A stretch of DNA of 64,000 bases from Eledone cirrhosa (lineage: Eukaryota). The notes under the pieces are model-generated. The model did no database searches. It saw only the letters and a list, made by a program, of their open reading frames with translations, and was not told the origin of the DNA. The position numbers and the translations under genes are program-made. Within the stretch, counting starts at the first letter, position 1; the number at the start of each line of letters is the position of its first letter. Positions 39,846 to 53,579 of the stretch are shown here, one piece after another. The stretch is taken from positions 31,558,001 through 31,622,000 of the forward strand of contig OZ024754.1 of NCBI GenBank assembly GCA_964016885.1. Reading direction: 5' to 3'.

Positions 39846-39964
39846 CAAGGAGTAGAAACTATTCCAAATCTGGGACGTATGAGGAAGATGGTCTCTCTGA
39901 TCCATCTAGCCTTGAACTGCCAAGATGGAAGCGGACGTGAAATGGTGGTCTAGATAGTTTAGAG

Positions 39965-42900
39965 AGCTATTACTTCTGCTGGTGCAAAGCCACCCAACTC
40001 TCTCTCTCAGCAAAGTGTACATTATATGATGCCTGTGTACGTAGTGTAATGCTACATGGTAGTGAGACGTGGCCAGTGAATGTAGAGGATGTCCAAAAGC
40101 TAAAAATGAAAACCCAGTCAGTATATTCCACTGGGTGTGTAATAAATCGACTATTCTCCACTACATGTGTAATAAACCTAGTATACTCCACTGGATATGT
40201 AATAAACCTAGTATACTCCACTGGATGTGTAATAAACCCAGTATACTCCACTGGATGTGTAATAAACCCAGTATACTCCACTGGATATGTAATAAACCTA
40301 GTATACTCCACTGGATGTGTAATAAACCTAGTATATTCCACTGGATGTGTAATAAACCCAGTATATTCCACTGGATGTGTAATAAACCTAGTATATTCCA
40401 CTGGATGTGTAATAAACCTAGTATATTCCACTGGATGTGTAATAAACCCAGTATATTCCACTGGATGTGTAATAAACCCAGTATACTCCACTGGATGTGT
40501 AATAAACCCAGTATATTCCACTGGATGTGTAATAAACCCAGTATATTCCACTGGATGTGTAATAAACCCAGTATACTCCACTGGATGTGTAATAAACCCA
40601 GTATATTCCACTAGATGTGTAATAAACCTAGTATACTCCACTTGATGTGTAATAAACCCAGTATACTCCACTGGATGTGTAATAAACCCAGTATATTCCA
40701 CTGGATGTGTAATAAACCTAGTATACTCCACTGGATGTGTAATAAACCTAGTATACTCCACTGGATGTGTAATAAAGCCAGTATATTCCACTGGATGTGT
40801 AATAAACCCAGTATACTCCACTGGATGTATAATAAACCCAGTATATTCCACTGGATGTGTAATAAACGTAGTATACTCCACTGGATGTGTAATAAACCCA
40901 GTATATTCCACTGGATGTGTAATAAACCTAGTATACTCCACTGGATGTGTAATAAACCTAGTATATTCCACTGGATGTGTAATAAACCTAGTATACTCCA
41001 CTGGATGTGTAATAAACCCAGTATATTCCACTGGATGTGTAATAAACCCAGTATATTCCACTAGATGTGTAATAAACCCAGTATATTCCACTGGATGTGT
41101 AATAAACCCAGTATATTCCACTGGATGTGTAATAAACCTAGTATACTCCACTGAAATGTGTAATAAACCCAGTATATTCCACTAGATGTGTAATAAACCC
41201 ATTATACTCCACTGGATGTGTAATAAACCTAGTATACTCTACTGGATGTGTAATAAACCCAGTATACTCCACTGGATGTGTAATAAACCCAGTATATTCC
41301 ACTAGATGTGTAATAAACCCAGTATATTCCACTAGATGTGTAATAAACCCAGTATACTCCACTGAATGTGTAATAAACCCAGTATATTCCACTAGATGTG
41401 TAATAAACCCAGTATATTCCACTAGATGTGTAATAAACCTAGTATATTCCACTAGATGTGTAATAAACCCAGTATACTCCATGGATGTGTAATAAACCCA
41501 GTATATTCCACTGGATGTGTAATAAACCTAGTATACTCCACTGAAATGTGTAATAAACCCAGTATATTCCACTAGATGTGTAATAAACCCATTATACTCC
41601 ACTGGATGTGTAATAAACCTAGTATACTCTACTGGATGTGTAATAAACCCAGTATACTCCACTGGATGTGTAATAAACCCAGTATATTCCACTAGATGTG
41701 TAATAAACCCAGTATATTCCACTAGATGTGTAATAAACCCAGTATACTCCACTGGATGTGTAATTAACCTAGTATATTCCACTAGATGTGTAATAAACCC
41801 AGTATATTCCACTAGATGTGTAATAAACCTAGTATATTCCACTGGATGTGTAATAAACCCAGTATATTCCACTAGATGTGTAATAAACCTAGTATACTCC
41901 ACTGGATGTGTAATAAACCCAGTATATTCCACTAGATGTGTAATAAACCTAGTATACTCCACTGGATGTGTAATAAACCCAGTATATTCCACTAGATGTG
42001 TAATAAACCTAGTATACTCCACTGGATGTGTAATAAACCCAGTATATTCCACTAGATGTGTAATAAACCTAGTATACTCCACTGGATGTGTAATAAACCC
42101 AGTATATTCCACTGGATGTGTAATAAACCCAGTATATTCCACTAGATGTGTAATAAACCCAGTATATTCCACTAGATGTGTAATAAACCCAGTATACTCC
42201 ATGGATGTGTAATAAACCCAGTATATTCCACTGGATGTGTAATAAACCCAGTATATTCCACTGGATGTGTAATAAACCCAGTATATTCCACTAGATGTGT
42301 AATAAACCCAGTATACTCCACTGGATGTGTAATAAACCCAGTATATTCCACTGGATGTGTAATAAAGCCAGTATATTCCACTGGATGTGTAATAAACCCA
42401 GTATATTCCACTAGATGTGTAATAAACCCAGTATACTCCACTGGATGTGTAATAAACCCAGTATATTCCACTGGATGTGTAATAAACCCAGTATATTCCA
42501 CTAGATGTGTAATAAACCTAGTATACTCCACTGGATGTGTAATAAACCCAGTATATTCCACTAGATGTGTAATAAACCCATTATACTCCACTGGATGTGT
42601 AATAAACCCAGTATATTCCACTGGATGTGTAATAAACCCAGTATATTCCACTAGATGTGTAATAAACCCAGTATATTCCACTAGATGTGTAATAAACCCA
42701 GTATACTCCACTGGATGTGTAATAAACCCAGTATATTCCACTAGATGTGTAATAAACCTAGTATACTCCACTGGATGTGTAATAAACCCAGTATATTCCA
42801 CTAGATGTGTAATAAACCCAGTATACTCCACTGGATGTGTAATAAACCCAGTATATTCCACTGGATGTGTAATAAACCCAGTATATTCCACTAGATGTGT

Positions 42901-44600
42901 AATAAACCTAGTATACTCCACTGGATGTGTAATAAACCCAGTATATTCCACTAGATGTGTAATAAACCCAGTATACTCCACTGGATGTGTAATAAACCCA
43001 GTATATTCCACTGGATGTGTAATAAACCCAGTATATTCCACTAGATGTGTAATAAACCTAGTATACTCCACTGGATGTGTAATAAACCCAGTATATTCCA
43101 CTAGATGTGTAATAAACCCAGTATACTCCACTGGATGTGTAATAAACCCAGTATATTCCACTGGATGTGTAATAAACCCAGTATATTCCACTAGATGTGT
43201 AATAAACCTAGTATACTCCACTGGATGTGTAATAAACCTAGTATATTCCACTAGATGTGTAATAAACCCAGTATATTCCACTAGATGTGTAATAAACCCG
43301 GTATATTCCACTGGATGTGTAATAAACCCAGTATATTCCACTGAATGTGTAATAAACCTAGTATACTCCACTGGATGTGTAATAAACCTAGTATACTCCA
43401 CTGAATGTGTAATAAACCTAGTATACTCCACTGGATGTGTAATAAACCCAGTATACTCCACTGGATGTATAATAAACCCAGTATACTCCACTGGATGTGT
43501 AATAAACCTAGTATATTCCACTGGATGTGTAATAAACCTAGTATACTCCACTGGATGTGTAATAAACCCAGTATATTCCACTGGATGTGTAATAAACCCA
43601 GTATATTCCACTGGATGTGTAATAAACCCAGTATATTCCACTGGATGTGTAATAAACCCAGTATACTCCACTGGATGTGTAATAAACCCAGTATATTCCA
43701 CTGGATGTGTAATAAAGCCAGTATATTCCACTGGATGTGTAATAAACCCAGTATACTCCACTGGATGTATAATAAACCCAGTATATTCCACTGGATGTGT
43801 AATAAACCTAGTATACTCCACTGGATGTGTAATAAACCCAGTATATTCCACTGGATGTGTAATAAACCCAGTATATCCCACTAGATGTGTAATAAACCCA
43901 GTATATTCCACTGGATGTGTAATAAACCCAGTATATTCCACTGGATGTGTAATAAAGCCAGTATATTCCACTGGATGTGTAATAAACCCAGTATATTCCA
44001 CTGGATGTGTAATAAACCCAGTATATTCCACTGGATGTGTAATAAACCCAGTATATTCCACTGGATGTGTAATAAACCAAGTATATTCCACTGGATGTGT
44101 AATAAACCAAGTATATTGCACTAGATGTGTAATAAACCTAGTATACTCCACTGGATGTGTAATGATATCAGTGTGCCTGAACGATGAAGATGAGTTGAAA
44201 TAAACAACACAAAACTGAGTATAAGAGGAATTAGATGTAAACAAAGGAGAAGACGGTGCAGACATGTATTGTATTTGGATGACGACAGGTATAGAAGTGT
44301 TAAGTGGAAGAAGGGACCTGCTTAGAAGCGGTGCAATATAATCTAAGGATATTATTGGACCTCAAATCCCGCCGAGGTTAACTTTGCCTTTCATCCTTAC
44401 ACAGTCGATAAAATAAAGTACCAGTAATGCACTGGTGTAATTGCTGGCCTTGTCCCAAAAGTAGAAACAATTATTGAACCTGACAGAGATGACAAAGGAA
44501 CGCAACAACTGGCGAGACGCTGTTTTGAAGAGGACCCGTGCAACCCATGCAAGCATGTAAAAGCGGACATAAAAATAATGACAATGATGATGATGGTGAT
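39965..44600 (+). mobile_element. RTE-like LINE 3' fragment split by a 4-kb minisatellite and a partial SINE (44362-44473)
   Basis: Left part LYDACVRSVMLHGSETWPVNVEDVQKL; right part continues and ends aacccatgcaagcatg..(GAT)n. Confidence 0.75.
40120..44163. repeat. 30-bp minisatellite, ~135 copies
   Basis: Unit aataaacc[c/t]agtata[t/c]tccact[g/a]gatgtgt; no unique spacers. Confidence 0.98.
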
Positions 44601-44834
44601 GGTGGTGATGCTGGTGAATAAAATCGATTAGTAATCAATAACAAAACAACAAAGATGGTGGAAAATTACATGATGATGTCTATTATAATTCGAGTCTCGA
44701 TTACATATGTCGTTTCCTTAAAGTGATCGGGATTGTTGTTGTTGTTGTTGTTGTTGCTGTTGTTGTTGTTATTGTTGTTAATAAAGATATCATTATTATT
44801 GTTGTTGTTTATAACTATTGTTTCACATCTGGTG

Positions 44835-46028
44835 TCAGAAACATAGCTGAGTTGGTTTAGAATGGAGTTTCTGCATTAAACTGCTCGATAACTGTGCCTT
44901 TCGTTCTTCTTTACTCATGGCCAGTGAGACGTACAGTTTCTTTGAATTGAGCATTTTACCATTCATCGCCCTGGCAGCTTTTGTAGCATCCTCTGGTGTA
45001 GAAAAACTCACAAATCCGAACCCGTTTGATCGACCGTTCTGAGTCATAACTTTCGCACTATCAATTTTACCAAATTTGCCAAAGTAATTCTTTAAAAGTA
45101 CCTCATCAATGTTCGCATCCAGATTTTTCACGTATACATTAATACTGTCTGTATTTTCGGCTTCAATTTTGTTTTGCGGTACCTTTGAAGTGTGGCCTTT
45201 GTCTTTGGCCGTCAGCAATCTCTCTAGTTTCGTCTGTGCACGTCCAACGTACAGTTCTCTGCCACTAATCTCGATGCCATTTAGTTCTTTCACAGCTCTC
45301 TCGGCATCTAGGGCGTTCGTGAAGTTTACAAACCCGAATCCTTTCGACTTACCAGAAGTATCTGTCATAACTTTGGCACTAACTATAGTGCCGTATTTTT
45401 CAAATAGTTTGCGGAGTGTCTCATCGTTCATTTTCTCACCAAAGTTTTTAATGTAGATATTCGTAAAGCCACTGTTTGCTTTATTTCGGTTTCTTTCTCT
45501 GTGGGGTACAAATTTACCAACGAACACTTTCTTACCGTTCAGAAACATTCCGTTTGTTTTCTCAATACAATTTCGCGCATCTTCTTCGCTCTCAAAATGA
45601 ACAAACCCGTATCCTTTTGAGCCGTTTTCGTCCGACACAATTTTGCTGGATAGAATGTCACCAAATAAAGAGAAGGTGTCATACAAAGCTCTGTTGTCAA
45701 TGTCTTTATCCAGGTTCTTAATAAATACATTTCCAAGCCCGGACTTCCGAAGGGATGGATCTCTTTGCCATTGCATTATTCTAAGGGGACGTCCCATGAA
45801 AGTTGCGAAATTCATCCTTTCCATCGCTTGTTTAGCATCTGAATCCGACTGAAAATTGATGTAAGCATATCCAAGAGATCTCCTTTTAACCATATCCCGA
45901 CACACTCTTATTGAAATAATCGTTCCACAAGTGGAGAATTTTTCGTATAGCATTTTCTCTGTGACATCAGGGTGAAGATCACCAACATATAAAGAAGCCA
46001 CTGGCAAAACTTCTGCTGCAATGCTCAT
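44835..46028 (-). CDS. PABPC: Cytoplasmic poly(A)-binding protein-like, four RRMs, intronless, no MLLE
   Basis: [87 protein letters not shown]; 397 aa uninterrupted. Confidence 0.93.
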   Translation of the reverse strand: MSIAAEVLPVASLYVGDLHPDVTEKMLYEKFSTCGTIISIRVCRDMVKRRSLGYAYINFQSDSDAKQAMERMNFATFMGRPLRIMQWQRDPSLRKSGLGNVFIKNLDKDIDNRALYDTFSLFGDILSSKIVSDENGSKGYGFVHFESEEDARNCIEKTNGMFLNGKKVFVGKFVPHRERNRNKANSGFTNIYIKNFGEKMNDETLRKLFEKYGTIVSAKVMTDTSGKSKGFGFVNFTNALDAERAVKELNGIEISGRELYVGRAQTKLERLLTAKDKGHTSKVPQNKIEAENTDSINVYVKNLDANIDEVLLKNYFGKFGKIDSAKVMTQNGRSNGFGFVSFSTPEDATKAARAMNGKMLNSKKLYVSLAMSKEERKAQLSSSLMQKLHSKPTQLCF

Positions 46029-46589
46029 TGCAAGCGATTTCTTCCTTACGATTTTGATGTGTTTTAAAACTTATATCTTCTTGAATAATCCAATTCAGTC
46101 TTAGGAGACGTGCAATCGATTTAAAAATTAGAATCCATATTTCTCATTGTATTTGTATATACATATATATATCTATGTCTATATATATGTGTGTGTGCGT
46201 GTATATATATGTATATATATATATATATTTATTTGTTTCCTTTCTGTTAATTTCGGTTGAGACTCAATGCCGGCTTCTGTAACTGTTGAATCAGCGTTTT
46301 ATGTATTTCATATGAAAACTTTTCAAAAAAAAAAAAAAAAAATCATTTGAACGATAATTGCGTCATTTCTCGTGTGCTGCTCTCTTTCTCTCTCTCTCAC
46401 TCTCTCTTCCATTCTCTCTCTCACTCCCTCTCCCCCTCTCTCTCTTTTTGACATACTTTTCATTGTTACTTATATAAAATGTATTCAGAAAAATAAAGTT
46501 GTATTGGAAAGGACTATAAATGCCATAAATGAGAGGAAAAGGAAAGAAGAGCAAGGAGAACTACTAGATAAAAGAAAGGGGAAAGGGGA

Positions 46590-47310
46590 GAGGGTGACAG
46601 ACTACACCCAAGTCAGAGTGGAGTTTCGGCTGAGCCCCGCGGGCAAAAGGACAAAGGCATTTCTGCGGACAATGTCCAGTGATATCCGCTGCAACAACCA
46701 CCCCACCACGCGGGCTCCTTCCTCAGACGGGCTGCTATCGATCCGATTTTACGGAGTTGGTCAGCTGTCTGGGGTCCCAAGACATTTGACGTCTCGACGG
46801 CGACCGGTGCAAAGTGATAGCGGCCGGACAAGCCCCGATATTTCCTTGTCCTGTCCTCTGCATTGCGAGCCGTAGTACCGGGGTTTGTGGCCGAGGCGAC
46901 TAAGTTGGAGGTGGCGAACATTTCACAATATGTCGCGTCTCAGATGAGGGATTTACCGCCTTAGAAGGGGAAGAGGGCAATTCTGTCATGGCGCTTGCCG
47001 TCATCACGCTCGAGGCCTACTGGCTCCAGTTGTGACGGGAAGCCAGCTGCGTCGAGGCTCTTTCTCATTATGTCGTTGAAAGCGACATGTCAAGGAAACC
47101 GACCTGCAACAGCATAATTATGAGCGCAAGACAAATTCATCGACGACAGATCAACAACGGCTTTCTGTGGCTCACCCGAAAGCCGAGGCGTTGGGTCACT
47201 CCGATACGAATGCACTTGTCATCAAGAAACATACCGTTTGATGAAGAGGGCACCGAATTGAGCCACGCGCCGCAGTTTGGCGGTGTTAGTCCAAGTATAT
47301 ATGTTGGTGA
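46590..47310 (-). pseudogene. CRE-like RLE non-LTR retrotransposon C-terminal fragment
   Basis: FNDIMRKSLDAAGFPSQLEPVGLERDDGKRHD..; RKYRGLSGRYHFAPVAVETSNVLGP..IG; stops and frameshifts. Confidence 0.75.
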
Positions 47311-47549
47311 GTTCAAATCTCACTGTGTAGTGAGAAAGGATAGAGGTGGGATGTGTGGTGAGGTGGATTGTGTAGTGAGGAAGTGGACTGAGTAGTGAGG
47401 AAGGGTGGAGGTAGTTTGTATGGTGAGGAAGTGTGGAAGAGGGTGGGAAGGGCAGGCATAATAAGGGGGGGGGGGGAGAAATGGGTTTCTAAGTGGAAGT
47501 AATTTCTGATTCATTTGTAGCGGATTAAGGATTGGTTAGTAGCCTATGA

Positions 47550-48070
47550 TGTGATGGTGGTGATGTTGGTGTGGTGTTGGTGGTGTGTTGGTGGTGGTGT
47601 TGTGGTGTAGTGGTGGTGTTGTGGTGGCGGTATTGTTGTTGGTGGTGTTGATGTGGTGGTGGTGGTGTTGTGGTGGTGTTGTTGATGTGGTGCTGGTGGT
47701 ATGGTGTTGGTGGTGTGGCGTTGGTGGTGTGGTGCTGTTGGTAGTGTGGTGCTGTTGTGTTGTTGTTGGTGCTGTTGCTGGTGTGGTGGTGTTGATGGTG
47801 TTGGTGGTGTGGTGTTGGTCGTGTGGTGTTGGTCGTGTTGGTGGTGGTGGTGGGGTGTTGGTGGTGTTGTTGGTGGAGTGGTGCTGTTGTTGGTGGTTTC
47901 TGTGGTGGTGTTGTTGGTGTGGTGATGTTGCTGATGGGTGGTAGCGGTGTTGTTGATGGGATTTGTAGTGGTGGGGTAGTAGTGGTGATAGTGGTGTCAC
48001 TGATGAGGTGGAAGTGATGTTGATGGGGTGGTAATGATCGGGTGGTAGTGGTGGCAGTGGTGGGGTGGTA
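47550..48070. repeat. (TGG/TGT) low-complexity tract
   Basis: Direct reading. Confidence 0.9.
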
Positions 48071-48566
48071 GTGATTGTGTAATACACACCTGCTAGAAGC
48101 TACTTATATAAACAGAATAATTTCCTCCGTTTAATTACACCTGTCTTACAAAATGTACTTAATGACTCTGCCTTGTAGTTGCTTGCATGTTTTTGATTTT
48201 ATTAGAAAAGGAAGGGAAAATGTCGAACATAAGATTGGACCACGCAAACAGTATTTTCATAAGTCTTTCATCTCTTTTACTATCTACTGGTTGTATTCCT
48301 GGCACAAGAACGGAGTCAATCATCAGATCGAATCAAGCAAACAATGTTTCCATTAGTCTTTCCATTGTTGATACTATGTGTCGGCTGCAACTCTTGGCAC
48401 AAGAAAGGAGCCAATCATCAGATCGAACCAACGAAGCAATGTTTCTATTGGTTATGCAATGGTTGATACGATACCCTGACGGTCGCTACTCCTGGCAGAA
48501 AAGCCAACGTGAAATAAAGTATTTTGTTCAAGAACAGAACATGCCGCCCAGTTCAGGAATCACATT

Positions 48567-48980
48567 TCATAGACTGACCAAGATACTCTCATGGAATGAC
48601 CAAAGTTATTAATAAGAAGAGTTGAAATTAATGCATACAAGACTTCACAGTTCTTAATCACTCCTTCATAGTCAGCCTATGACCAAGACACTCTCATGGA
48701 ATGACCAAATGGGGTTTATTTTTCAGCATATTTCCTGGAAAGAAACAATGCAGTTATTAATAAGAAGAGTTGAAATTAATGCATGCAAGATTTCACAGCT
48801 CTAGCATCACTCCTTCATAGACTGACCCAGATACTCTCATGGAATGACCAAATGAGGTTTATTTTTCAACATAGTCCCTGGAAAGAAACAATACAGTTAT
48901 TAATAAGAGTTGGAATTAATTCATGCAAGATTTCACAGCTCTAGCATTACTCCTTCATAGACATCCTATGCACTTTTCAG
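48567..48980 (+). repeat. Tandem array (~3 units) of the internal part of the mariner-type MITE
   Basis: gaccaagatactctcatggaatgaccaaa...cactccttcatag repeated; matches 23250-23410. Confidence 0.8.
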
Positions 48981-49370
48981 CTAAGTGTTGGATTTCCGTC
49001 TGGTTCGACGACGAGTGTTCCAGTTGTTTCGAATAATAAATTAACGTTCAAGTGACTAAGATTTCCATTGACACGTGCACCCTTAATGTAGTTCTCAGGT
49101 AGATCAACGTAATAGAGTGAGTGACAAGACTGACCCCCCCCCCCCCTTTGAATTACAGATAAAGCATATTTGCTATCTGAGTGGACTGGAACGACGTAAA
49201 ATAAAATATCTTGCTCAAGGACACATTGTGTTGCTGGCGATCGAACTCACAATCTTACAATTGTCAGACAAACACCCTGACCACTATGATAAGTGACTTC
49301 ACGTTTCGTATATATGTATGTTTTATCATGCACACATATATGCATGCGTGCATGCGTGCGTCAGTCTGTC

Positions 49371-49478
<108 letters not shown>

Positions 49479-49932
49479 GATAAACCTACCAAAAGTTTAC
49501 GGTAGTGTCCACATATATGTCCTAGAAACGATCGTTAAATAATGAACTTTTTTTGTTTAATATAAGGAACTGTTTCATTGTTTTATTCATTATTTTTTTA
49601 ATATTTTATATATATATATATGTAGATAAACCTACCAAAATATACGGTAGTGTCCAATCCGTATGAAGAACTCAATGTAATCCAAATATCATGAAAAGAG
49701 AAGATGCATTCAAAAATTTTCGATGAAAATCACAGGAAAACTGAGTCAAGATAAATTAATAAAAACAATGAATAAAAACAAAGAACAAGTTCCTTATATT
49801 AAAAAATTCATCATTTTACGATCGTTTCTAGAATATATATGTGTTGGTATGTATATCATATAGATCTATGTAAAATATTACAAACTATCAGAGGAAATAT
49901 ACATACCTTCACATATATATGCTGTCTTCAGA

Positions 49933-49984
<52 letters not shown>

Positions 49985-49986
<2 letters not shown>

Positions 49987-50190
49987 CAAAGGAATTGTGG
50001 TAAGGAACCAGATGGATCACAACGCACCAGAGTACTCAATACTTAGGGTAGTAGAGTGGGAAATAGGAAAAAGTATGACCCTGACGGCAGAGCTCAAGCC
50101 GTTTCGACGGCTATTTCTGGATTCAAATAGCCAGAAATAGCCGTCGAAACGGCTTGAGCTCTGCCGTCGGTGTCATACTTTTTCCTATAT
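49985..50190 (-). mobile_element. Family P1 fold-back pLTR copy
   Basis: gacggctatttctgg..aaatagccgtc-GAAA-cggc..gccgtc; inverted arms meet in this helix. Confidence 0.8.
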
Positions 50191-50199
50191 ATATATAAC

Positions 50200-50754
50200 G
50201 GCGATGAATTAGTTTTGCGAGGTTTTTTATATGAAATCGTGTGTCGAAACAAATATTGTTATACTTGGGAAGGGTCATATTTGTGTAATATTGCCAGAAT
50301 TAATAACAGAACACACTCACTGTTTGGTTGGTTTTCGCTTTTCGCTTCTGTGTCTTTTATATCGGTAATCTAATTTATTCGGTCCTCAATGTTGCCATTG
50401 ACTGACCAACGGTCAAAAATAATACAGATACAATATAGACACAAACACATATATATAGTTTATCAAAGTTCTATGGCGTAGACATACAATGTAACGGGAG
50501 GAAACAATAGCACCACTGACGGTGTTGCAGATGTGCAACGAAAGAACTTTGATAAACTATATATATGTGTTTGTGTCTATATTGTATCTGTATTATTTTT
50601 GACCGTTGGTCAGTCAATGGCAACATTGAGGACCGAATTAATTAGATTACCGATATAAAAGACACAGAAGCGAAAAGCGAAAACCAACCAAATAGTGAGT
50701 GTGTTCTCTTATTAATTCTGGCAATATTACACAAATATGACCCTCCCCAAGTAT

Positions 50755-50761
<7 letters not shown>
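50200..50761. mobile_element. Family P2 fold-back element (~220-bp arms 50254-50472 / 50543-50761)
   Basis: Near-perfect inverted repeat; spacer contains CTGACGG-TGTTGCA..TGCAAC-GAAA; bounded by (TA)n. Confidence 0.8.
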
Positions 50762-50821
<60 letters not shown>

Positions 50822-51192
50822 ACCAAAGATTAATATGGTTCATTGATTACTCAATGAATATATATTTACAATAGATTAAAAGCACTCTACAAAAACGTTT
50901 TCTGGAGTTATTATTATTCAGAATAATAATAAATGAAGACATTCACATAATCAAAATATATGTTTTATTATATATATTACGAAGGTACTGTGCTGTTTTT
51001 TCAGTACGTCCTCGTCAGATATGTATATATATATATATATGTATGTAGGAGGTGAGTTTTATTGTAGTTTTTAACCTTCATATCATGTCCTCATATTTTA
51101 TCTGATGAAAACACAAATGTTATTGCATGATGATATTTGTTTTTGAAATGCGCATAATAAAATACATGGAACTCATTTAACCATCTTTTGAT

Positions 51193-51238
<46 letters not shown>

Positions 51239-51474
51239 ATTTTTTGCATTCCATCTGTCATTTCTATTTTAAGCTCCACTCCCAATATATACCGATGTCA
51301 TTTTTCACTAATGTTGTGTATACAAGTTTCCCTCAAGGCAAAATAAAGACATTGTAGAAACCCGTTGCCGTATTTACTTCGGTTTTTGACGTTCAGCGTT
51401 CAAATCCCACTACTGTCAATTTAATTGACTTGCCATCCCGCCCTATGGCTTACCTTATGTCTAAATGATGGTTT

Positions 51475-51680
51475 CAGATTTAGGCACAAGGGCAGCAGTT
51501 TTGAGCGAGGGGAAAGTCGATTAAATCGTCCCCAGTGCGTGACTGGTACTTTATTTTATCGATCCCGTAAGGATGAAAGGCAAAGCTAACGTCGGCGGGA
51601 TTTAAACTCAGAACGTAAAGAGCTGTAACTCTATGTTGCAAAGCATGGTGTCTGACGCTCTACCGATACTGCCAATCCAC
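51475..51680 (-). mobile_element. SINE family A (long variant)
   Basis: Reverse-complement copy with the extra segment. Confidence 0.85.
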
Positions 51681-51718
51681 TGTCCCACCATATGTCTAAA
51701 TAATAGGAAATCATTTAG

Positions 51719-51754
<36 letters not shown>

Positions 51755-52769
51755 CGTTATAGCGTCGAACAGATTGCTTGCGGATTTTCATCCGAGTTTT
51801 TACGTTTTGAGTCCAAATCTCACGGAAATCCTCTTTGTCCTTCGTACTTCCTGGCTTGATACAATACAATAAAGTACTAGTCATATACTAGGGTCGATGT
51901 AACCGACAAAATCCCTCCCCCATACACCCCCAAAATGTGCCTATAGCAGAGAACCCTATCGTTTCTACTGTCAGTATATCAAATATCAAGTACTGGCAGT
52001 GAGGGTGCGGAAGGGTCCTAGATAGGGTGTGTGTGTGTGGAGGGGGGTAGACTATTGGTACTTATTTAAAACTGATGTTGCTATGACAACAGCTGTTAAC
52101 CCTCTCATACAGAGAAATTTAACTCCTGTCTTTTGTGTTTTTTTGTTGTTTTTTTTTTAGACTTGGTTTCGATTTCCTGCGGTAGATATTTTGATTTTAC
52201 TGACCCCCTTTATATACATTCAGAAGAAGACGCGGGACTTTTCAGTCAACAAAGGAGCTTCTACGCTATTGATAGGCTTGCTAAATACAGCAGCTAAATT
52301 CACTTCAAGTCATAGCTTACCGTCTGGAGACCCTATCATTTAAACACCAAATACAACCTCATCGGAGGCCAGCTAAACATGCACAGGTGAGAGCTGTAAC
52401 AACACCGGGGCTTGCTATCGTCAAAACACCCGAAAAATTGTGATTTTCAGCCTCATCGGATGCATTCTTTTGAGCTGAAACAACAATAACATGATAGAAC
52501 TGAGGTCCCTATGATTAGAACAACCAAGAAACCTTCCATGAGCTACAGTCCTATTGGAAGCCAGCTAAATCTGTATGGGTGTGAACTGTAACAACTACGA
52601 CGTCTTTATAGGACTGGTGCCCTTCTCATCAAAACACCAGGGAAACCTCCTATGAGATGCAACATCCTCGGAGGCCAACTAAACCTACATAAGTGTAAGC
52701 TATAACAACAATAATAATTGCGTTTTTGAAATGTGTTGAACAAGGAATAATTACGGTGTAAAGTGAAGA

Positions 52770-53030
52770 TGCGTGGCCTAGTGGTTAGGGTGTAAAGCTC
52801 ACAATTTTAAGGTCAGAGGTTCGACTCCTAGACTGGGTGATACGTTGTGTCCGTGAGAAAGGCATTTCCTTTCATGCTGATCCAATCCACTCAGTACCTG
52901 CAGCAGCAATTGGGAAAGTTAGCTTTTCGACTGACTGGCATCCGCTCCAATGAGGAGGTAAGAGAATTGTACTGTCAATCGATTAACGCCCATGAAACGG
53001 AAATAACACCGGCTTGGTGAGTCTCTGGGG
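52770..53030 (+). mobile_element. SINE family B
   Basis: gcgtggcctagtggttagggtg..ggttcgactcc A/B boxes. Confidence 0.75.
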
Positions 53031-53579
53031 TCGTGACTGATATTAACTCTACAATGGACTGGCGTCACATCCAGAGAAGTGGGTAGTCTTTTACTCTCAG
53101 TCGCTTAACGTTCCATGAAACCGGGATAATCTCCTAGCTTCGTCAAACATGAACAAAACATGGGAAACGGACGTAAAACGACAATTCCAATAACTACGCT
53201 TCGCATTTCTTAATTAATTAGTTTTGGAGCCAGCTCTCCTGTCGAAACCGTATTTATATACCAAGTGGAAATGTAGCTGATATTAAAACCAGTCGCTTTA
53301 TATAAAACTTACCAATATAGAATTATAAACAAAAAAATATGCAACTCATTAGAACTTTCGGATGAAGTTAAAAATATAGATTGTGTTGGATCTCCGTCAG
53401 TTCTGACGATGTTTGTTTGAAACAACAGCAGAACAGATTGCTCATGAAATTAACGTGCAAGTGGCAGAGCATTCCACACACGCGTCCACCCATAACGTAT
53501 TTCTCGGGGAGATTCAGTGCGACACTCTGTGACAAGGCTGGCCGTTTGAATTACAAGTATGATGCAAGTGTGATAGAGA

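Noticed and set aside
39970-44265. Long ORFs (up to 697 aa) of HPVEYTGFIT / CVINPVYSTG repeats, or a CRISPR-like array
   Set aside because: Pure 30-bp tandem repeat with no unique spacers, frameshifting indels and LINE-derived flanks. Open frames follow from a unit length divisible by 3.
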